NCBI GenBank assembly: GCA_964016885.1
Contig: OZ024760.1
Location: forward strand, 15,004,001-15,068,000
Length of the DNA: 64,000 bases
DNA from: Eledone cirrhosa
Taxonomy: Eukaryota
Direction: 5' to 3'
A model generated the notes under the pieces. The model worked only from the letters and a program-made list of their open reading frames with translations, was not told the DNA's origin and searched no databases. Below, one piece after another: positions 45,401 through 56,638 of the stretch (positions are counted from its first letter, which is position 1; every line of letters starts with the position of its first letter). The translations under genes were made by a program, and so were the position numbers.

Positions 45401-48225
45401 CTGATAGAAATTTTTTTTAAATTAGCAATTTCAGAGGATGAAGTGAATGACCGAGCATGGATGTGTTGAGAGAGAAACTGTGTTTAAGAGGGATAAGCTG
45501 TAGTGTGTGGGAGAGAAGACTGCGATGGTATGGGCATGTGATGCGCATGGAGGATGACCGCTGGGTAAAGAAGTGTCAAGAAATCCCAGTTGAAGGAAGT
45601 AGAGGAAGACCACAAAATACATGGGCGGAGGTGGTGAGAGCTGACCCGAGATCGCTGAAGCTCACAGAGGAGATGACAAAGGACCGTGACAAGTGGAGAG
45701 ATGCTGTGCTGAATAGGACCCGTCCCACCCTTGCAAGCAGGGAAAAGCGGACGTAAAATGATGATGATGAAGAAAATTTTATATTTAAAGAAGAAGTCGT
45801 ACTTTTGCTTCGTCATCTGACACAGTTCCATCAGTATCAATGTCAAACTCAGAATGGCTCTTTAACTCATCCACACTGACACTAGAAATAGAAGAGAAAC
45901 ATTTTGTAAAATTAGAGAGTTGGAGTTTGTTTCAAGGTGTAAAGTGTAAAAAAAAAAAATTTTTAATAGTGACTTTTTTTTAGAAGGATACAGAAATGCA
46001 AAGAGGGCAATAAATGTTAAAAATAATTGTCTGAATTAAAGTTTGGTTTTAGATATTTTCTGCTAAATTATTACAGGATGTTAATTGAAAATGACAAATT
46101 GCTACTATAATGCTACAAATTTTCAAAACAATCTGTCCACTAATAAAAATACTATAAACACTTGAATTAAACTTGTTTTTAGATATTTTCTGCTCAATTA
46201 TCATAGAATGTTAAGAGATAACCTTCATAAACCATAACACTTACTATAAATCATTGTTGCTGTCTAGTTCAGTAAAAGCCTCTTTGGCAATGGCTTTTTC
46301 TTTCTCTTTCTGTAGATCCTTCTTCTCCTCTGAAATAAATCATTGTTGTATGTTAGATGTATTGAATGAATGGAGACATGGGACTTTTGATGAGGACATA
46401 ACCTCTCTATTGTGTGTGTGATGATAATATGCACCCAGTACACTCTAATGTGATTGGTGACCAAATAGAGTCAATATAGGGCAAAGAGAACTCTTGAGTC
46501 TAGCTAAGGACATGTAACCTCTAGTGCTGGTGCCATGATAATATGCACCCAGTACTCTCTGTAATGCTCTATCTAACAATTACCAGTTAATATCCTATAC
46601 CGCATGAAACCACATTAGTAAGACATTCTACAGTATGGCAAGAAAATGTGAAAAATGAAAGTCTTTAATCTAATACTGCAAAATTTCACAACAATGTCCA
46701 CTAATGAAGACACTATAAACATTTGAATTGACAAACCTTTTTTTTTTTTTTTTTAGATATTTTTCTGCTAAATTATTACAGGATGTTAAGAGGTATTAAA
46801 GAGATATTTACCCTCCCAGGCACTTTCATGAGTTTCTTTTGCCAATTTCTCAGGACCTTCAACTGAATTCTTTTCAGCTGCAAAAGAAATGTAAAGATAT
46901 GACATGTAAATATGGCATTAAACAAGATCCTGAAGGTATAATATTATTTAGAACAGGATTTTTCAAACTGCAAATCCTGGTACATTAGTTGGTCATACAC
47001 AAGTGAGAGGATAGGGATAGGATAAAGATCCCATAACTCCTTGTGGAGTCAGAGTCACTGTCATACGGTGTGTCTAGGACACTTTTAAACCTGGTGGAGC
47101 CCAACCCTCTCCAGGTCTGAACACAGCCAATTTTTTCTATAGAGGAATAATCGACCCCAGTACTGGACTGGTACTTTTTTTTTTATCGACCTCGAAAGGA
47201 TGAAAGGCAAAGTTGACCTCAGCAGGATTTGAACTCAGAACCCACAATGAAGTGGGACAAATACCGTTAAGCATTCTATCTGACGTCTTAACAACTCTGC
47301 TAATTTGCCGCCCACAAGTGAGAGCAATAAGACATTGGGTCACAATACATAATGCAGTTCTGGCTGTGGACCACAGTGAAAAAGGTTGACAAATGATCTA
47401 GACAAACAACAATTTCTCTTCACAACATTCAGCACTTTCATCCTTCCTCATCACTTGACCTAACCATCTCATTCCATTACTCTTCACAACATTCATCACT
47501 GATCTGACTTGACTCACAACAGTACAACTCGTCTAACCCATGCCAGAGATGAAAAATGAATGTTAAATGATGATGATGATGATGATGATTATTATTATTA
47601 TTATTACCTTCCATGTCAGTCTTGTGTAGTTCAGCTGAAATTTTCATAGATTCCAGCTCTATCAATTTAGCCTAGAAATGAAAAGAGGAAAAAAAAAAAA
47701 TGGACATTAAATTGTGATGATGATAGAAATATGAAAAAGAGAGAGAGAGGAACAGGAAAACCAACAGGAAGGATGGGAGAACCCCCCCCCCCCCCAGGTA
47801 GATTTAAATAATAATAAAGATGATAGAAATATGAAAAAGGTGAGTAGAGAGAGAAAGAGAAGAACAGACAAACCAACAGGAAGAGTGGAGAGAAAAACTA
47901 AAACAAGGTAGATAAACTTACTTTTTTCTCTTCTTTGGCTTTTTTACCTTCGTTAATGAATTCCTGTTTTTTAGCGTAACCTTCCATCTGCATCTTGTGC
48001 ACTTTCATGCGTTCTTCCATTGCCTTTTTACCCAATTCTCTGCAATTAGTCACAATATAAAGGTTTTATTATGTTTGGCAATCCTTCTTCCATATTGTTT
48101 TATGATTTAACTAGAGAGAAAAAGAGGGGGGAGGGAAATAGGGAAGCAGAGAAAGAGAGAGATAAAAAGTGAGAGAAAAGGGGAGAGAGAGAGAGAGAGA
48201 GAGAGAAAGAAAGAGAAAGAGAGAA

Positions 48226-48298
<73 letters not shown>

Positions 48299-51200
48299 GA
48301 GAGAGAGGGAAGCTGAGAGAGGAAGGGAGAGAAAGTAGAGAAACAGAAAGAGTCATGGTGAGATAGACAGCGAGATAAAAAGAGAAGCAGAGGGAGAGAA
48401 AGAGTGTGAGAGATAGAGACAGAAACAGAGAGAAAAAGATGGAGAGGCAGATAAAAAGGCAGAGGGATAGCAAGAGAGAGAGAGAGAGGGAGAAAGAGAC
48501 AGGGACAGAAATAGAGAGAGGCAGAGAAAGAGAAGGCGAGAGAGAGAGAGAGGGAGGGGGCAAGAGAGAGCAAGAGAGAGAAAGGGAGAAAGCAAGAGAG
48601 AGAGAGAGCAAAAGAAAGAGACAGAGATAGCAAGAGAGAGAGAGAGACAGACAGAGAGGGCAAGAGAGAGAGACAGACAGAGAGGGCAAGAGAGAGAGAC
48701 AGACAGAGAGGGCAAGAGGGAGAGAGAGAGACTATAACTTACATGCATTTATTAGGACAGGAGATGATCTCAGTGTATTCATCAGTGCCATCACAACAAT
48801 CTGGTGAGAGAAACAATAACAACAACAAGACTATATAAAATACAACAAGTGATGTCTCACTACTTGCCCCACCCTCACTTCCTCATGGTGAGTTACCAGA
48901 AATTCCAAAAGAAAAAAAAAAACGATTCTTGAAAATATTTAACATAGAATTTGAAAATATGGAAAAAGAAAATATTTCCTTAACCCTTCAGCATTTACAT
49001 TACTCTATATATACTATTGTATTTTTGTGGTAAAGGTTTTACCTCACATAATATCTCACAACATTTACATTACTCTATATATACTATTGTATTTTTGTGG
49101 TAAAGGTTTTACCTCACATAATATCTCACAACATTTACATTACTCTATATATACTATTGTATTTTTGTGGTAAAGGTTTTACCTCACATAATATCTCACA
49201 ACATTTACATTACTCTATATATACTATTGTATTTTTGTGGTAAAGGTTTTACCTCACATAATATCTCACAACATTTACATTATATATACTATTGTATTTT
49301 CATGATAAAGGCTTTATCTCATAATTATCTCACATAACGAATCTATGAGATTGATATTTATTTTGAGTACAATACCTTAACATTAGTATGAATGGCTGGT
49401 TACAGCTGGTTTGAACAGAAAGGCGAGAGTTTTCTTTGCTGGATATGGCTGGTTTAAATGCTAAACAGTTAAGCAAAAATAAAAATAAAAATACTTACCA
49501 CAGAAACCATCATTAACTCTTGAAGATGGAATGTAATTTGGGATGTAACCTGCATTGGTGCAATGGAATTTACCATTTATACAAGCAGCAGTACCTGGCA
49601 AGAGAAATTAAATATGTAACAGTAATTATATATTATATACAATGCTTCAAACAAACAACATTTTATTATCAATATATATATATATATATATAAATACATA
49701 ATCGGAGAAAGCTAATAGCGATACTCCATATATATATATATATATTTATCAATAATAATTGTTTCTACTTTTGGCACAAGGCCAGCAATTATCCCAGTGC
49801 ATTACTTTACTGGTACTTTATTTTATTGACCCCATAAGGATGAAAAGCAGAGTTAACCTCGGCGGGATTTGAACTCAGACTGTATGAAAATTATTGTGTA
49901 CAGTGCTCAGCTTCAAACTCCATAACATCCATCTTGGAGACAGATGTAATAATAAAAATTTACCTTTTACTTCTAATCTAAATTTAATTTCAAAAAGAAA
50001 AAAAGACGAGCATTTTTCTCTGAGAATTCCTCATACTATGACGAAGGGAATTTTATGCCCGAAATATTAGGACAAATGAAACAACAAAATAAAACAAAGA
50101 TTACCAGGTAACTAACTTTTACATTGCCTTCATCTTACCATCCATTATTTTGCAATGTTTAGCTTTCCTACATATATCACTTTCTCCATTAATAATAGAA
50201 AATGTACCCTTTATCGACTTCAGAAAGGTGAAATGCAAAGTCGCCCTTTGTTTAAATTAATCTTTAGCACGGTAGTAATTTTTACGAGTTGTTTCACTTG
50301 ACACTGCATTACCTATTTAGGGGAAATTACTCATATGGCACCACGTGTCGCCCACAGCGTGCTGAAGGTTAAGCACTCAACTCTCAAAAACAAAACAAAA
50401 CAAACCAAACCAAACCCAAATTTTTTTTAAATGGCAAAACATTTCTCACCTGGTTCATCAGACCCATCTGGACAATCACAATAATCATCGTTAACATAAT
50501 TGAATGGAACAATTATTGAGTTGTCAAGGCAACTGAAATTTTCAGACTGTCCTGAGTAGAAACCAGCCACTGGAAAAAATAAAAAGAGGGGAAAATAAGA
50601 ATGTTTTATACGAGGGTCAACTGAAAAGTTCTTAGGCTGACTATGAAGGAGTGATGCTAGAGCTGTGAAATCTTGCATGCATTAATTCAAACTCTTAATA
50701 ACTGCATTTTTTCTTTCCAGAGATTATATTGAAATATAAACCTAATTTGGTCATTCCATTAGAGTATCTTGGTCATAGGCTGACTATGAAGGAGTGATGC
50801 TAGAGCTGTGAAATCTTGCATGCATTAATTTCAACTCTTATTAATAACAGCATTGTTTCTTTCCAGGGACTATGTTGAAAAATAAACCTCATTTGATCAA
50901 TCCATGAGAGTACCTTGGTCAGACTGAAGGAGTGATGCTAGAACAGGTTTACATAGACAAAGTCAATACTGAAGCAGGGTTACTGACCACCCAGACAGAC
51001 CAAGGGGTGTGTATCCTGCTTATGACAGTCACATAGAGGGCAGAGTTGAAGTTGTCATGTCTTTTGACACAAACTGAAGGATCCTCCCAACCCCTTATTT
51101 TGCATGCTTTCTACGGCTAGATGCCCTTCCTAACACCAACCACTTTACAGTGTGTACTGGGTGCTTTTGTGTAGATCACCAACAATAAATGTATGTATGT

Positions 51201-51388
51201 GTATATATATATTTAGGTTCTAGTGAGTGTTGAACTCACGACCTTCTGCGTGTTAAGCAGATATGATAACCACTACGCCATAGAACCTCACATTCTAGTC
51301 CTGTAGAAGCCATTTCTATATTAATTCTTGTATCTACTAATGTATTGAGTACTTCACTTACTGTGGTTACCGCCAATTTAATCCAGGA

Positions 51389-51428
<40 letters not shown>

Positions 51429-54348
51429 AAATAATATTGATTTCTACTAAAGGCAGAAGGCCAGCAATTTGGGAAGAAGGGAAAGTTGATTAAATCAACC
51501 CCAGTGCATTACTGGTACTTTATTATCAACCCCATAAAGATGAAAGGCAAAGTGGAAACTAAGAATCAATATAGTATCTTGTATATTTTATTCTCCTGCG
51601 ACGTATCGGCATTGATCAGACATATTCACAAGTCTGATGAGCTATTGATCCTAGAGTCTTGACCAATCATACCTTGAACTGACCAATGGTACTACATGTT
51701 AAATTGATACTTTGTTGCCAGTTATTATTATTAAACTCTATTACAGATACCAAAGCCACAGACCACACAGGGAAGAGTCACATTCTAGTAGCCGGATCCA
51801 CATAATAGCACCGAGTCCATAAACTGGTGAACTTCCAATAACTTAACTCTTTACCATTTACATAACTCTATATATACTATTGTATTTTCACAGTAAAGGC
51901 TTTACCTCACATAATATCTCTCACAACATTTACATTACTCTATATATACTATTGTATTTTCACAGTAAAGGCTTTACCTCACATAATATCTCACATAACA
52001 TTTACATTACTCTATATTTACTATTGTATTTCCACAGTAAAGGCTTTACCTCACATAATATCTCACATAACATTTACATAACTCTATATATACTATTGTA
52101 TTTTCACAGTAAAGGCTTTACCTCACATAATACCTCACATAACATTCCTCTATATATACTATTGTATTTTCACAGTAAAGGCTTTACCTCACATAATATC
52201 TCTCACAACATTTACATTACTCTATATATACCATTGTATTTTCACAGTAAAGGCTTTACCTCACATAATATCTCACATAACATTCACATTACTCTATATA
52301 TACTATTGTATTTTCACAGTAAAGGCTTTACCTCACATAATATCTCACATAACATTTACATTACTCTATATTTACTATTGTATTTCCACAGTAAAGGCTT
52401 TACCTCACATAATATCTCACATAACATTTACATAACTCTATATATACTATTGTATTTTCACAGTAAAGGCTTTACCTCACATAATACCTCACATAACATT
52501 CACATTACTCTATATATACTATTGTATTTTCACAGTAAAGGCTTTACCTCACATAATATCTCTCACAACATTTACATTACTCTATATATACCATTGTATT
52601 TTCACAGTAAAGGCTTTACCTCACATAATATCTCACATAACATTCACATTACTCTATACATACTATTGTATTGTCACAGTAAAGGCTTTACCTCACATAA
52701 TATCTCACAACATTTACATTACTCTATATATACCATTGTATTTTCACAGTAAAGGCTTTACCTCACATAATATCTCACAACATTCACATTACTCTATATA
52801 TACTATTGTATTTTCACAGTAAAGGCTTTACCTCACATAATATCTCACATAACATTTACATTACTCTATATATACTATTGTATTTTCACAGTAAAGGCTT
52901 TACCTCACATAATATCTCACATAACATTCACATTACTCTATATATACTATTGTATTTTCACAGTAAAGGCTTTACCTCACATAATATCTCACATAACATT
53001 CACATTACTCTATATATACTATTGTATTTTCACAGTAAAGGCTTTACCTCACATAATATCTCTCATAACATTTACATTATATATATATACTATTGTATTT
53101 TCACAGTAAAGGCTTTACCTCATATAATTATCTTACATAATATTGAATCTTTGAGATTGAGATTTATTTTTAGAACAATACCTTAACGCCAGTATGAGCA
53201 GCCGATAATGACCGGTTTTAACAGAAAAGGGTGAGACAATTGTGGTTGGATATGGCCGGTTTCAACGTTAAAGGGTTAATGCTACACACCAAGCAACAAT
53301 ATACATATATAGTTATTGAGTGCTTTTGTGCAAACCTAATTGTATCTCGTTAGCTTGGCCACCGCCATAACTTCGATTTTACTAACCTCCCATTTGTATA
53401 TATATATATATATATATATATTTAATATAGAAATGGCTTCTACAGGACTAGAACTGTTTCATTCAAGAGAAATCATCAGTAAATCATCATCATCATATAT
53501 ATATATTGCATGCATTGTGCACACTCTGCAGTGGTCGCCATATCTAGACCTTGAAAGATAAGATAATGTAAAACATGCTACGTGTATGAAAATAATTAAA
53601 TACTAAATTCTTGCACTAAATTGAGCACTTTTTTCCTTTCCACAGACATTTTGGCTTCTTATACACACACATACATACATACATATAAACATACATACAT
53701 ACAAACATGTCTCAAAAAAATTTTTAAAAATGCATTAAATTAAATTCTGTTTTATATACATTATTTAAATGTAAACATTTTTGGGTGCTTCAATACAATT
53801 GAATTGTCTGTAGATCAGTTTATTTTGGGGAAAGGCTGTGCATCCTAATAAATATTGCCTGTACAGGTCATCAAAGTATGTATACATTTTTCTGGTGACA
53901 CACTGTGTGTGTGTATATATATATATACCTTTGTTCGTACTGCCTCTGTTTTGTTCCCGTTCCATTTTTCACTATATATATATATATATATAGAACGGGA
54001 ACAAAACAGAGAGGCAGTACGAACAAAGGTTTATTAGTTTCGCGCTCTTGAGAGTGTGGGGTGTGTGTGTGTGTGTGTGTGGTGTGGTGTGGTGTGGTGT
54101 GGTGTGGTGTGGTGTGGTGTGGTGTGGTGTGGGTGTGGGTGTGGGTGTGGGTGTGGGTGTGGGTGTGTGTGTGTGTGTGTGTGTCTGGTTCAATCAGGGG
54201 TAATACCAGTAAGGTTCAATACATTAGTAGAGTGTATACAACAAATTCATTATAGAAATGGCTTCTACAGGACTAGAACTGTTTCATTTGAAGGAATAAT
54301 TTCCTTCGAATGAAATAGTTCTAGGTCTGTATAAGCCATTTCTATATT

Positions 54349-54386
<38 letters not shown>

Positions 54387-55084
54387 GCCTTTTTTTCCCA
54401 GGGAATTCATAATTGTTGAAATGATAATACGTTTCTGCAGAAAACCTGACATTCGTGGGCAAACTGCGGCCAATTTAGTGTTTCTGAATGACACACCTAA
54501 CGAAAAATTAACTTGAATTTGTGTTATAGTGCGGTCGGCCTTGTAATGAGACGTATATCATGAGGCCCACAGCTCGAAAAAGGTCACCCAAGTCTGGCCT
54601 AATATTCAATTCATTATCAACATGAAATTGGAAGGTGTGATGAACAAATTTCCGGGTTTACCTTTAGTTTAGCCGCGTAGCAAACACAAAGCAAAAGTAT
54701 TCGGTTAATGAAAGCATTAACGAAAATGAGCTATATACAATAATGAAAGCATTAGGAAAGAAAAGTTAAATTATAATTATTTAATTTCGTCAATACAACC
54801 GTCAATTTACGTCATAGTAAATGTGTCTCAGTAAAATTATATTCACAAATTATTATTATTAAGGAAGTTGCGATGAAATAGATTCGGGGCGGGGAGCACT
54901 AAAGTGTTGTTAATGTCGACTGTGATAGTTAAGTGTGAAAATCAAGGTTGTTAAAATAAATGGCTATGTGCTGTCAATCAAAGAAATACTTACTGCTTAT
55001 AGATACACCGCGAGGGCGGGGTACGCCGGACTGTGCCGTGCAGTAGAAATGGTACATTATTAGTAGAAGATTAATGGGCAGCAT
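36274..55084 (-). CDS. PRKCSH: Glucosidase II beta subunit (PRKCSH/80K-H), 16 coding exons, about 585 aa
   Basis: Manually spliced exons total 1758 nt with consistent phases. The translation shows a signal peptide plus RPRGVS, two Cys-rich LDLa-like repeats ([20 protein letters not shown]; [15 protein letters not shown]), a coiled coil, EF-hand loops, an acidic/Pro-rich region, an MRH domain ([15 protein letters not shown]) and terminal RDEL. It is collinear with human PRKCSH as recalled. Confidence 0.97.
36460..37125 (+). mobile_element. R4/Dong-like RLE non-LTR retrotransposon fragment (CCHC plus PD-(D/E)xK nuclease)
   Basis: ORF 36472-37089: [40 protein letters not shown]; antisense in the last PRKCSH intron. 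Confidence 0.88.
37590..37950 (+). mobile_element. Cephalopod SINE fragments (Ceph-domain-like)
   Basis: GGGTTCGAT B box, TTGTGAG..GGTAGATGGAAACTG core, duplicated CTGAATCTCCCTGAG tail. Confidence 0.6.
38210..38520 (-). mobile_element. RTE-type LINE remnant
   Basis: Minus strand encodes decayed [10 protein letters not shown] and [10 protein letters not shown] motifs. Confidence 0.65.
38528..38845. repeat. Perfect 35-bp minisatellite, about 9 copies
   Basis: Unit AAGGTGGGTCAAACGAACAAGAGACATACATGTAC, identical copies, no spacers. Confidence 0.95.
38866..38965 (-). CDS. PRKCSH: PRKCSH exon 15 ([33 protein letters not shown])
   Basis: TTGCAG acceptor, AAG|GTAAAG donor, 100 nt, MRH motif CWNGPDRS. 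Confidence 0.95.
39914..40078 (-). CDS. PRKCSH: PRKCSH exon 14 ([56 protein letters not shown])
   Basis: TTTTCAG acceptor, GG|GTAAGT donor, 165 nt, N-terminal part of the MRH domain. Confidence 0.95.
40112..40376. mobile_element. TTAA-flanked (piggyBac-type) MITE filling PRKCSH intron 13
   Basis: TTAA-CCCTTTAGC...GCTAAAGGG-TTAA. Confidence 0.8.
40394..40463 (-). CDS. PRKCSH: PRKCSH exon 13 ([23 protein letters not shown])
   Basis: TTTTACAG acceptor, AG|GTAAGT donor, 70 nt. Confidence 0.93.
40630..40818 (+). mobile_element. SINE (Meta-domain-like)
   Basis: Complete head, core and tail. Confidence 0.82.
41050..41560. repeat. CA-rich minisatellite (CACACCTCATACACAA)n
   Basis: About 16-bp unit, abutting the exon 12 donor. 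Confidence 0.9.
41568..41670 (-). CDS. PRKCSH: PRKCSH exon 12 ([34 protein letters not shown])
   Basis: [13 protein letters not shown] matches MPPYDEQTQAFID; G|GTTAGT donor; 103 nt. Confidence 0.92.
41812..42182. repeat. Minisatellite of about 46-48 bp, about 8 copies
   Basis: Unit GTGGTCATGTAGGTGACATGACAATAAGCACCCAGCCCACACTGTAAG. Confidence 0.9.
42184..42340 (+). mobile_element. RTE-tail SINE/LINE 3' end
   Basis: AGGAAGGGCATCCAGCC...AACCCATGCTAGCGTGGAAAATGGACATTAAA followed by (TGA)n. Confidence 0.65.
42570..43380. repeat. Degenerate ~45-bp tandem repeat
   Basis: Unit GTGATGGAGGAATTGGGAAGCCAAGTCTGGCTGTATTTCCACCCA. Confidence 0.8.
43409..43516 (-). CDS. PRKCSH: PRKCSH exon 11 ([36 protein letters not shown]), acidic, possibly cassette
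   Basis: Branch-like TTCTAAT, TTTGTAG acceptor, GTAAGT donor, 108 nt open, phase 0-0. Confidence 0.78.
44542..44793. mobile_element. TTAA-flanked MITE, same family as 40112
   Basis: TTAACCC...AAAATTCTCTCACCTCTTTCTGTTCAAAC...GGGTTAA. Confidence 0.65.
44957..45250 (-). CDS. PRKCSH: PRKCSH exon 10 ([26 protein letters not shown]...acidic/Pro-rich...DDGQIQ)
   Basis: 294 nt, phase 0-0, CAG|GTAGGC donor; corresponds to ORF 44948..45244. Confidence 0.92.
45430..45770 (+). mobile_element. RTE-clade LINE 3' end
   Basis: [12 protein letters not shown]...RGRPQNTW...DRDKWR followed by a (TGA)n tail. Confidence 0.88.
45803..45881 (-). CDS. PRKCSH: PRKCSH exon 9 ([27 protein letters not shown])
   Basis: TTCTAG acceptor, GTACGA donor, 79 nt, EF-hand loop [12 protein letters not shown]. 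Confidence 0.92.
46245..46329 (-). CDS. PRKCSH: PRKCSH exon 8 ([28 protein letters not shown])
   Basis: TTTCAG acceptor, GTAAGT donor, 85 nt, start of EF-hand 1. Confidence 0.9.
46812..46877 (-). CDS. PRKCSH: PRKCSH exon 7 ([22 protein letters not shown])
   Basis: TTTTGCAG acceptor, G|GTAAAT donor, 66 nt. Confidence 0.9.
47070..47312 (-). mobile_element. SINE (Meta-domain-like), paralogue of 5185-5430
   Basis: Reverse-complement head, core and the same CAGACCTGGAGAGGGTTGGG tail. Confidence 0.8.
47608..47671 (-). CDS. PRKCSH: PRKCSH exon 6 ([21 protein letters not shown])
   Basis: TTCTAG acceptor, G|GTAATA donor, 64 nt, KLIEL matches the orthologue. Confidence 0.9.
47922..48039 (-). CDS. 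PRKCSH: PRKCSH exon 5 ([39 protein letters not shown])
   Basis: TGCAG acceptor, GTAAG donor, 118 nt, in phase. Confidence 0.92.
48113..48731. repeat. (GA)n-rich polypurine tract in PRKCSH intron 4
   Basis: Direct observation. Confidence 0.9.
48743..48800 (-). CDS. PRKCSH: PRKCSH exon 4 ([19 protein letters not shown])
   Basis: AG/GTAAG boundaries, 58 nt, DCCDGTDEY motif. Confidence 0.95.
48980..49472. mobile_element. TTAA-MITE (reverse orientation) with internal 70-bp tandem array
   Basis: TTAACCCTTCAGC...GCTAAACAGTTAA; about 4.5 copies of a 70-bp unit. Confidence 0.75.
49499..49594 (-). CDS. PRKCSH: PRKCSH exon 3 ([32 protein letters not shown])
   Basis: AG/GT boundaries, 96 nt, strong similarity to GTAACPNGSFHCTNTGY. 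Confidence 0.95.
49750..49880 (-). mobile_element. SINE (Meta-domain-like) 3' half
   Basis: GGCACAAGGCCAGCAA...CTGGTACTTTA...GGATTTGAACTCAG. Confidence 0.78.
50450..50569 (-). CDS. PRKCSH: PRKCSH exon 2 ([40 protein letters not shown])
   Basis: Acceptor TTTTTTCCAG, donor G|GTGAGA, 120 nt, phase 1-1. Confidence 0.95.
50609..50945 (+). mobile_element. Mariner-like left end with ~145-bp tandem duplication
   Basis: TA-CGAGGGTCAACTGAAAAGTTC terminus; GAAGGAGTGATGCTAGA occurs three times. Confidence 0.55.
51215..51287 (-). tRNA. tRNA-Val(AAC)-like sequence, probably pseudogene or repeat-borne
   Basis: Acceptor stem GGTTCTA/TAGAACC, anticodon stem TCTGC/GCAGA with loop TT-AAC-AC, T stem GTGAG/CTCAC. 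The D stem is imperfect and the T loop is TTCAACA. Confidence 0.65.
51843..53279. mobile_element. TTAA-MITE (reverse orientation) carrying a 72-bp minisatellite, about 17-18 copies
   Basis: TTAACTCTTTA...TAAAGGGTTAA ends; the internal unit is homologous to the 70-bp unit at 49 kb. Confidence 0.8.
54450..54596. mobile_element. hAT/Charlie MITE related to 1792-2084
   Basis: GTGGGCAAACTGCGGCC...AAAAGGTCACCCAAGTCTG. Confidence 0.5.
54994..55084 (-). CDS. PRKCSH: PRKCSH coding exon 1 ([30 protein letters not shown])
   Basis: ATG at 55084-55082, hydrophobic signal peptide, RPRGVS motif, donor A|GTAAGT. Confidence 0.93.
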
Positions 55085-55220
55085 CTTTAGGTTGATTCAC
55101 CTGTCCTAACTCGTATAAATGACACGTCTTGCTTAATAGTAGCCTAGCCACACAATGGTAACAACGCATGCGCATCTAATATTAAAGGGAGGTAACTCAC
55201 GATGCCATTACACCGCGAGA
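55085..55220 (-). promoter_or_regulatory. Putative PRKCSH proximal promoter
   Basis: Unique sequence just upstream of the ATG. It has an NRF1-like CGCATGCGCA (55165-55174) and a bZIP/XBP1-like GACGTGTCATT on the minus strand (55118-55128). A GC box at about 54886 and a CRE-like TTACGTCA at about 54807 lie in proximal intron 1. Confidence 0.5.
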
Positions 55221-56395
55221 GCTTCATTGCTTCTTCTAATTGATCGATCGGCTTGCTAGAAACAGTAGCTAAATGCCACTCTAAGCGTGCTTAACGGTCT
55301 TAACCCTTTTAATACCAAACCACCTTTGGTTTTAAGGCACAAAAACTAGGAGGAAACTCACAATGACACAATATCGTAACTTTGTTGATACCAAATTGCC
55401 CAAAATTGCTTATGATACAAAAAAACTGGGAAATAGATCATTCTCGAAGACACAGAGGGTCTATGCGATAGTTTGACATGCTAGAAATAGCAGCCAGATG
55501 TCCCTTAATAGCTGCTCGAATGGAGCGTAGCAGGAATTGAAAGGATCAGTTTCTCTTAAGTCCCAAATAATGGGGAATGTGCTGGAATAAGCGGAGTCTT
55601 CAAGCATTCCCTCCAGCGGCTCCTGTCAGAAACAACCGTCTCCAACAGATCCGGCTGGACCCCCAAACGTGACCAGCCAGGCTCATGAATGTTATCAAGC
55701 AATCTTGCTAGGGTCTACCTGTTGGTTTCGCCCGCAAAAATATGTCCAACGATTCCGCTACGACTTAAAAATAAAGTTTCGCCGGATATAGATTAGCAAA
55801 ATTTAATAAGCGGGATGGATGGGGGATTGAGTGAAAAAATCTGAAAAATTGATAATCGAGGTTGCGGAAGATTATTCGGGACCCGAGAGTATATCCCATA
55901 TTGTGTCACGGTGAATGTTGTAAGTTAAGCATCCGAACCAATGTATGTGGTAAATATAGTGACACTTGCACTAAACCTCAATGACTGGCTGTGTTCTGAC
56001 TCAGTAGTTAAGTAGAACACTTGTTGTTTGAAACTCCGACAATATAAATATATTTATGTGTATGTATAATATATACATGTATGTATGTATAATATATACA
56101 TGTATGTATATGCATGAAGACCAACCACAACCGGCTATTGCCAGTGAATGTTTTTATCATGGTTGCCAACTCTATGCAAGACATTTTAGATCCTTGGCTG
56201 GGCTAAAAAGCCACATTCGATCGCAGCTCCGTTAATTATTAATATATATATATATATTGTTATACTTTGGGAGGGTCATGTTGCCAATAAGAAACACACG
56301 CACCTTTGGCTACATGACCCTCCCAAAGTATAACAATATCGGTTTCAACACACGTTTTCAGATAGAGAATTTTGCTATACAAATTCAGAAACCAA

Positions 56396-56426
<31 letters not shown>

Positions 56427-56583
56427 GGAACCAGTAAGACCCCGACAGCTGAGCTCAAGCCGTTTCGACGGCTAATTCTGGACTAAATGAACATTACTGG
56501 TTCCTATTACCCACTCTACTACCTCAAGTATTGAGTACTTTGGTGCGTTATGGTCCACCTGGTTCCTTACCACATTTCCTTCG

Positions 56584-56638
<55 letters not shown>

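Noticed and set aside
51620-51665. CTGATGAG half of a hammerhead core
   Set aside because: No downstream GAAA or stem pairing
51880-53186. 290-aa and 126-aa repetitive ORFs ([15 protein letters not shown]...)
   Set aside because: Open only because the 72-bp minisatellite unit lacks stops in that frame; it lies within a MITE
55520-55800. GC-richer block upstream of PRKCSH as a divergent gene
   Set aside because: The minus strand shows decayed GRP...DRSRWR motifs typical of RTE LINE ends, with no intact ORF
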